From: Anthoceros angustus
Lineage: Eukaryota; Plantae; Anthocerotophyta
Assembly (NCBI GenBank): GCA_010909165.1
Contig: VJWM01000025.1
Location: forward strand, 2,356,001 to 2,420,000
DNA: 64,000 nucleotides
Direction: 5' to 3'
Below, in pieces: positions 57,793 to 64,000 of the stretch (position 1 is its first letter; each line of letters opens with the position of its first letter). The notes under the pieces are model-generated. The model was given only the letters and a program-made list of their open reading frames with translations. It was not told where the DNA came from and made no database searches. A program made the translations under genes and the position numbers.

Positions 57793-60700
57793 TCATTGAT
57801 ACATGTATGGAGGTCCGGCATGCTTTTCATCTGCTTCCCGCTTATGCTCGGGGTCCAATCTGCATCGTTCAACATGAAGAGTGGGTGAGAGGAAATGTTT
57901 CATATGTGCATATAAACGAGCCACTATGTTTTATATGTGCATGTAAACAAGCCACCTTCCAACCAAACCACAGCCTGCCCTGTCATAGCACCTACCCGTT
58001 CCTCACACCCAAGAGAGCACAGTGGAATGCTCCTACAGCAGCTGCTGCAGGTGCAACAGCAGCTGCTGGTGCAGCTCGCAATGCACTAGCAACAGCAACT
58101 CCTGCACCAGCTCCTCGCTGGTACACCTTCAGGGGATTACTGAGAAGTGACGAGGAAGTCCTTTCTAAACCACGCGAAATGCTTTCACAAGCCTGCATGT
58201 ATTTGAATTGAGGTCAGGAACCATAGCCTAGTACAGAAAATGGAGGACTCCATCCATCCAACATAACAGCTGCAGTCCCCACCACCTGTTGGATGCCCTC
58301 CCGAGTATCGCTAGGTTGATTAGCTTTACTGGAGAAGTTGTCTCCATCTGCCGTAGTTAAAGAACTACTCCGGGTTCCACCAAGAGCTAACTCCGTATGA
58401 TACAGTAAATCATGAGCTCCTGCAAAGAGATTGGCTCCAAACCCCAGCGCCTCAACAGAGACACACCTGAGGAAGGCCATAGCACCTGTCCAATTCGCCA
58501 ACCGGAAATTAACATACTTTCCTCGCCAAAAAGGGTGACAGCCTAGTTAACAAAACACTGCTTCAGCCATCATTTCTCTGACCTTTCCTCATTCCACGTA
58601 GGACCCGTCTGTCCTTCCTATAGTTCTCAGCAGGGAACATAATCAGCTTTGCAGCCCCAGCTCCAACAGCACAAAGCGGTCGAATTGGACCGACTCCTTG
58701 TACAAACTTATGGACCTGCACATTGTGGTGTCTTCGGTCAATTGTTTGCAAGGGTCAACAAGCAAAAGAACACCAGTTAACATGAAGAACGAACATGATT
58801 TAACAAACCTGGTTTTGGGATATGTCTTCCAACCATTGACCAAAGATGATACCGGACAGACTACTCCAGCCACGAACATGGGCGGCCCGCACATGCTTCA
58901 GTTGAAGCTCAATTCCCTGGAGAAAACAACCCACCATGAACAAACAACCACCAAGAACAGCCAAGAATCAAACACCATGAACAAACAACCACCAAGAACT
59001 GCAAACAAAAAGCAAACAGGAAAAAAATGTTGTTGTTATGACTAATCGATAAAATCAATACCTTCCAAGACACCAAGTTCAAAAGCTCTGCATAATTGCC
59101 TCCCCTAATTGCTGCAATGTCTACACGTCGTGGAATGTAGTCAACTCTAATGGTGAACGGTCTCATATCACATACCTGGAACACAATAAACAGCAATCAG
59201 TCTGCATTTAACTCCACTAGAAACTCAAACACATGAACACACAAAGCATGCATTCATGGTCATGACACTTGTGACATCGGTAGCCTACCTGGAAAAAGGG
59301 TAACAAGGCCTCCCCAAAAACTTCACCAATGCTGCAGTCAAGACTCGTGCCGACTGACCCAGAAGAATTGCTCATGTCCCCCTCACTTTGACTAGAGAAG
59401 AAATCTGTAAAAAAGTCAATATGTCGCTGATCAAGGTGCAGACGGATAGGCAACAGAGCCATTGATATCCTGTGAACATGTCACACAACTAGGTCAGCCA
59501 TCTTCCAGGTTGCTACAATATCAATCAACGACCAAATGAATCAGATGGCAAAGGCCTCCACCTGTACTCTTCGAGAGGGCTTGTAGGATCAGGTCTCACA
59601 GAATCCAGCTCTACCTTCACAGCTGGTGAAGAAGACTCCCTTGGTCGAGAAGATCGGTAATACCCAAGCACCTGCCCAGAACAAAAGTTAAACAGGTATC
59701 CCCAAAGCGTTTCGGTCTGACAATGGAAAAAGCCAGAAACTACATGGCATACCATTTTCCAAGGTGCATCAGCACTACGGTCGTAGACGCCCATGTCTCG
59801 AATTTCAACAACCAGCCTGGAGGCATATTCACCTACTTCTGGAAATGAGTCGTACTGGAGGTCCATGCCATCCAAATTCACTTGCAGGCACAGGCGTGCT
59901 TTCCTTGCATTTTTTGCCTTCGAAGAGCTTGAGGTCTCCTGAGACATTGCTGTAGGCCAATCGGATCCGGCATACAACCACCATCTTGCACTGAAGTTTG
60001 AAAGGACTACTCTTCCCACTGGGACAGGATACTTCTTAGGTAAAGAACGTTTCCTTTGGCCAGCAGCCTTGCTGGCTTTTGGAGAGCATGCATCAACCAC
60101 TACCTTTACTTCTGGTATGTGATTCTCGATAATAGAGATAGCATTGCCATCAAACCACATGCCCTCCCCCTCAATTACCTCTTGAAAAGAGCCACCTACT
60201 GACTCATCCTCACATGACGACCCTGCTGTGGAGGAAGCTCCGATTGAATAGTAGTCCTCAATGAATACTGGCTGGCCCTCTGCCTGGGTGAGTGGTTGAT
60301 GGAGATCTGGCACGTTTTCTTGGGTCATCATTTCATTGGACTTGGGAGAGGAACAGACTTCCTCCTCTGCCCTCCGATAGAAATCAGCCTGTTGTAGATC
60401 CGGAGCAAAGAGTTGTTGCAGCTGAGCAACAAGTCGGGCTAATGCTGAAGCTGTATCGTTGCAAGTCTCAAGACAGAGTTGATTATTCACAAAGTCTACC
60501 TCCCAACCTGGACCTTTCACGCATCCTGTTCTTACCGCAACCTCCAGTATAGGTGCTTTAGCAACCTGTGTCACTCGCACAATGCAACCCTAAGTTAGGC
60601 AGCTTCCCTACCAACAGACAATCCAAATGAGCCGCTACTGGTGACAAGAGCCTGCAAGTCACTACTGCCATAAAACTTGTCGCTACGCACCTGAGCATAA

Positions 60701-63700
60701 CCTGTGCGCTCCATCGCCTTCAAGCTATATTCCTGCAGACTCTTTCTCATATTCGTATTCAAGATAAGAAGGGCAGCATCATGGAGCCGTATATCATATT
60801 GACTTTCACACATGTCTGCCTGTAAGGTGTTGGAGACCCTGACAGCTGCTGCTGCCAGAACACAAGCAACAGGCGACCCAGTTTGGTTGGCGCCCAGAGG
60901 TATGTCACTGCCCTTAGACCCATCTGCAGTTTTCACAAACTGAGGGGAAGCCAAAGGACTGATTTTTGTTCCAGGGACAAGCCTCACTTCCATTCCAGGC
61001 TCATAACACAGAGCTACATCATGCAGGTTGAAAAGGTGAAATACGCGATTCCCCTTGGCATCTTGATACCCTCCAGAATTTTCCAGAGAGAGATTTTGGT
61101 CTGCTCCCATGCCAGTGCCAAAATCCACAACAGCTTCTGTGGCTGCTGAAGACTCTGCAGATTGCGAGAAAAACGAAACCATAGCAGATAGCCAATCAAG
61201 ACGAGCACTATGTGCCACAAATGTTGCCCCCTTCATACAACCAGTAAGCAGCTCATCCGCCAACTGGTCCCTACCTGGCCATGCCATGTAGGTCAGAGAT
61301 ATTCCAGCAGCACCAGCTGCCAAAGCATTGCCCTCTCCACCATCCCCACGTCCCAGAGCATCATGCCGACATGAAAACAGCAGAAGATCACTTTCACCAG
61401 TCAGCGTAGTTCTATGCGCATCTGGATAAGATCCCTTGACTTGGCATTCCTCATGTTGAATCCAGAAGTACGATACATCAGGACGACCACCCATGTGCGA
61501 GACAGACAACAATTCAAGCTGCTCGACCTCCCACGTTAACGAATCCCAATTCCTGGCTTCATGTCCTGTGAAAGGCTCTTCATGGGGTGTGATTTCAAGA
61601 CAAGGATGGATAATCATCTCAACATGACGACACTCCAGCACTACAGAGGTTTGTGGGGACAGGGCAGAATTGGCACCAGCTTTGGCCACTGTGGAATCTG
61701 ACTGAACGGAGACCCCAGTGCCAGTGCAGGCCTCAGGATTCTGAGAGGAAAGCACCACATCCATAAAGGATGAAAAAAGCTCATGAATGAGCACATGCTG
61801 GGATCCTGATAGATTCAACCATACTCGAAAGAATTTAAAGGCAAAAAATGCTGACGAACAGGCGACGATCTCCTCCCTCAGCTGCAGGTTGCTTTCTTCG
61901 CCAGCTTCTACTGTAGTTGCTGAAGCAAACTCAGAATTGCTCCCTCCCAACCCAGTTCCTCCATCTACTCTTTTTCTCAATGCAATTGCTGCATCCCAGG
62001 CTCTCCTAGCAAGCCAAGCTCCTGTTTCTGGTTGACGAAACCACTTGAATTCCAGAGAAGCTCCGTCATCTGTGTCTGTGCTGGATATCCCTACCTCCCA
62101 GTCAGTGGGTTCAGATAAAACTGCGAGTTGATTCATTCTTACAACTGGCAACCTGCCCTGGCTACCTGAGTCATGACCTTCTTCACTACTCTTGAAGTCA
62201 ACTTCATCACTGCCTAACAAGTATGCCACAGCCTCACCAAACCTCATAACTCCAGAATCAACCAGCTGCGAACTTGATTCAATCCTCCGTGTTCCATCAT
62301 GCCTAAAAGAAAAAATTGGCTGAATCACACCAGGCTTTCTTGAAGGCATAGTCACGTCCAATACCACAAGGTCCTCTCGCAAATGACCCACATCTGAGCC
62401 CTTAGGAAAGAAAATAAACACCCGCAAGCAGGGTGTGTACAGACTTCCTTCCAGCTTTGCATTCCATAAATTATTTTCAGGGGAACCTGCAGCATGGCCA
62501 GCATCCAGGGAACCTTCACCTAAATCCAGGGCCAGCATCTGATCAATCCGAGGTACTACCACAGATGCCCCATCCCCAGACCTCTGAACAGTCCCGCACC
62601 CCCAACTGCTGCAACCGGGCCCCTTGACCGCATGAGTCAGCTCAAATATCCTTTTTATAGTCCATGGATCTAAGTAGAGGACAATCGGCTGCAAGTATGC
62701 TTTTACCTCTACGCTTGATGAGAGGTCCTGAGAAAACTTGTTACCCCCTGGGTGCAGCAACTTAAATGACAGTTTAGCAGCTGGAGATCCAGCAGTTCCC
62801 ACCTTCATCAACAATCTTCCTTCACAGCCATGCGATTGCATACCCTCATGAGGTGACGGCGAGACTGGAAAATGGGGCAAGAGATCCTCAACAGACTTAA
62901 GGTAACCTAAAGGGCCGGCTGATGAACCGCCCGCATTCACAACCTCAAACATTTCCATATCTTGAACTGTAATCCGCAAGTCTGATCCGCAGTCCGACAC
63001 CTGGTATTGACAGTGGAGGTGCCAAGAGTAAATAAGAGACAACAAAAACGAGGAGAAAAGCTCAGACAAGGTCCAAACCGCATCCATCATCTATCAGGAA
63101 TAGTCCAATTACCGCCATCAAAAAAGCACATTCTGTCAAGTCCACAGCTAGATATTCTTCAGCTGCCACGTTAAGTTTGTCTGGAGACACATGCTGACTC
63201 CTGAGGCCATGCAGAGATGGGTCATGTGTTGCAGATTCACTCTCCGGCATGCCTAGAGACCTTGCATCAGGTTGCCCATAGAGTAGGTTTACAGACAAGC
63301 CATCGAACGTCACCTTCACACTGTACTCCACTCGTCTCTCAAGACCTGGAAAGCATCATCATCAGTATGCTCTCTTGTCTCTTCAAAACAGTGAAGAGAT
63401 GAGCATTTCATGACCAGAAGACAAAACAAGGGGAACAAAAAAATGGCATTAGCATGTGAATCGTTGGCTTAACAAACCAGGAGATAAAACTGCAGATCCA
63501 GATGCAAGGCTGGACGCAGCTGTTATGGCTGTGAATGCTGATCGCGTCCAGCTCCACAAGCCACTTGCAGTTGAGCTCGCATGGCTGCTCCACGTCCCAT
63601 CAAAACACTCGAAGAACTCATCCACACTGCTGGACACAAGTAACCATCAACGATAATTAGGGAACCCACTGCAAGCTATTTCATTAAAAACGCACAAGAA

Positions 63701-64000
63701 AGTGGACAGGCCCACCTAGCTGCCAAGTTTGCTTCCGCTACAGAAATTTCCTTCTTGGGATTCTCACCACCAGCCCACTGCATCCAGTCTGATATAAACT
63801 TCGTAACAGGAAGATAAGCCCCTTCATCCGAAGACCCAACTCCAATGCTCCCTGATCGTCTCAAGGTTGACCTGGCCAAATCCTTATGCTTCTCAGCGGC
63901 CAGAATACTGGATCCGCGACCAATAGGAGCCTCGTAAAAGCTGACAGCTCCTTGAGTTGCCCTGGGTACGGAGTGGCCTGGGCCAGCTGCAACAGTTCCT
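57793..64000 (-). CDS. ATG2: Autophagy-related protein 2 (5' part outside the window)
   Basis: [109 protein letters not shown]|LDPEHK..Q* at 57793. Multi-exon. Confidence 0.94.

Overview
Gene-dense nuclear DNA with short introns from a seed-free land plant. The PLS-class PPR genes, two decayed DYW:KP-type deaminase domains, a SLAC1 channel and an XRRA1-like LRR gene fit a hornwort-like compact genome best; this is inference, and a fern or lycophyte is not excluded. Apparently intact genes, in order: FY/WDR33 (nearly intron-free), DVR, an LRR-VII receptor-like pseudokinase head-to-head with a PLS-E+ PPR, a conserved coiled-coil/TM protein, an unknown 3-exon gene, a Mal d 1-associated-like protein, OBAP2, an XRRA1-like LRR protein, SLAC1-like, an orphan TE-like ORF, AMSH3-like, a 1514-aa PLS-E+ PPR, and most of ATG2 (its 5' end lies beyond the window). 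Decayed or mobile DNA: two or three PPR-DYW pseudogenes, a GAE pseudogene, a Copia remnant, a partial ICT1 copy, the 3' end of an RNase-H LINE, a full-length chromodomain Gypsy element with non-canonical AG...CT LTR ends, and a 1.2-kb chimera stitched from three nearby loci. Many 1-3 nt indels may be assembly errors. I found no rRNA, tRNA or CRISPR array. All family assignments come from recognising motifs by eye; no database search was run.
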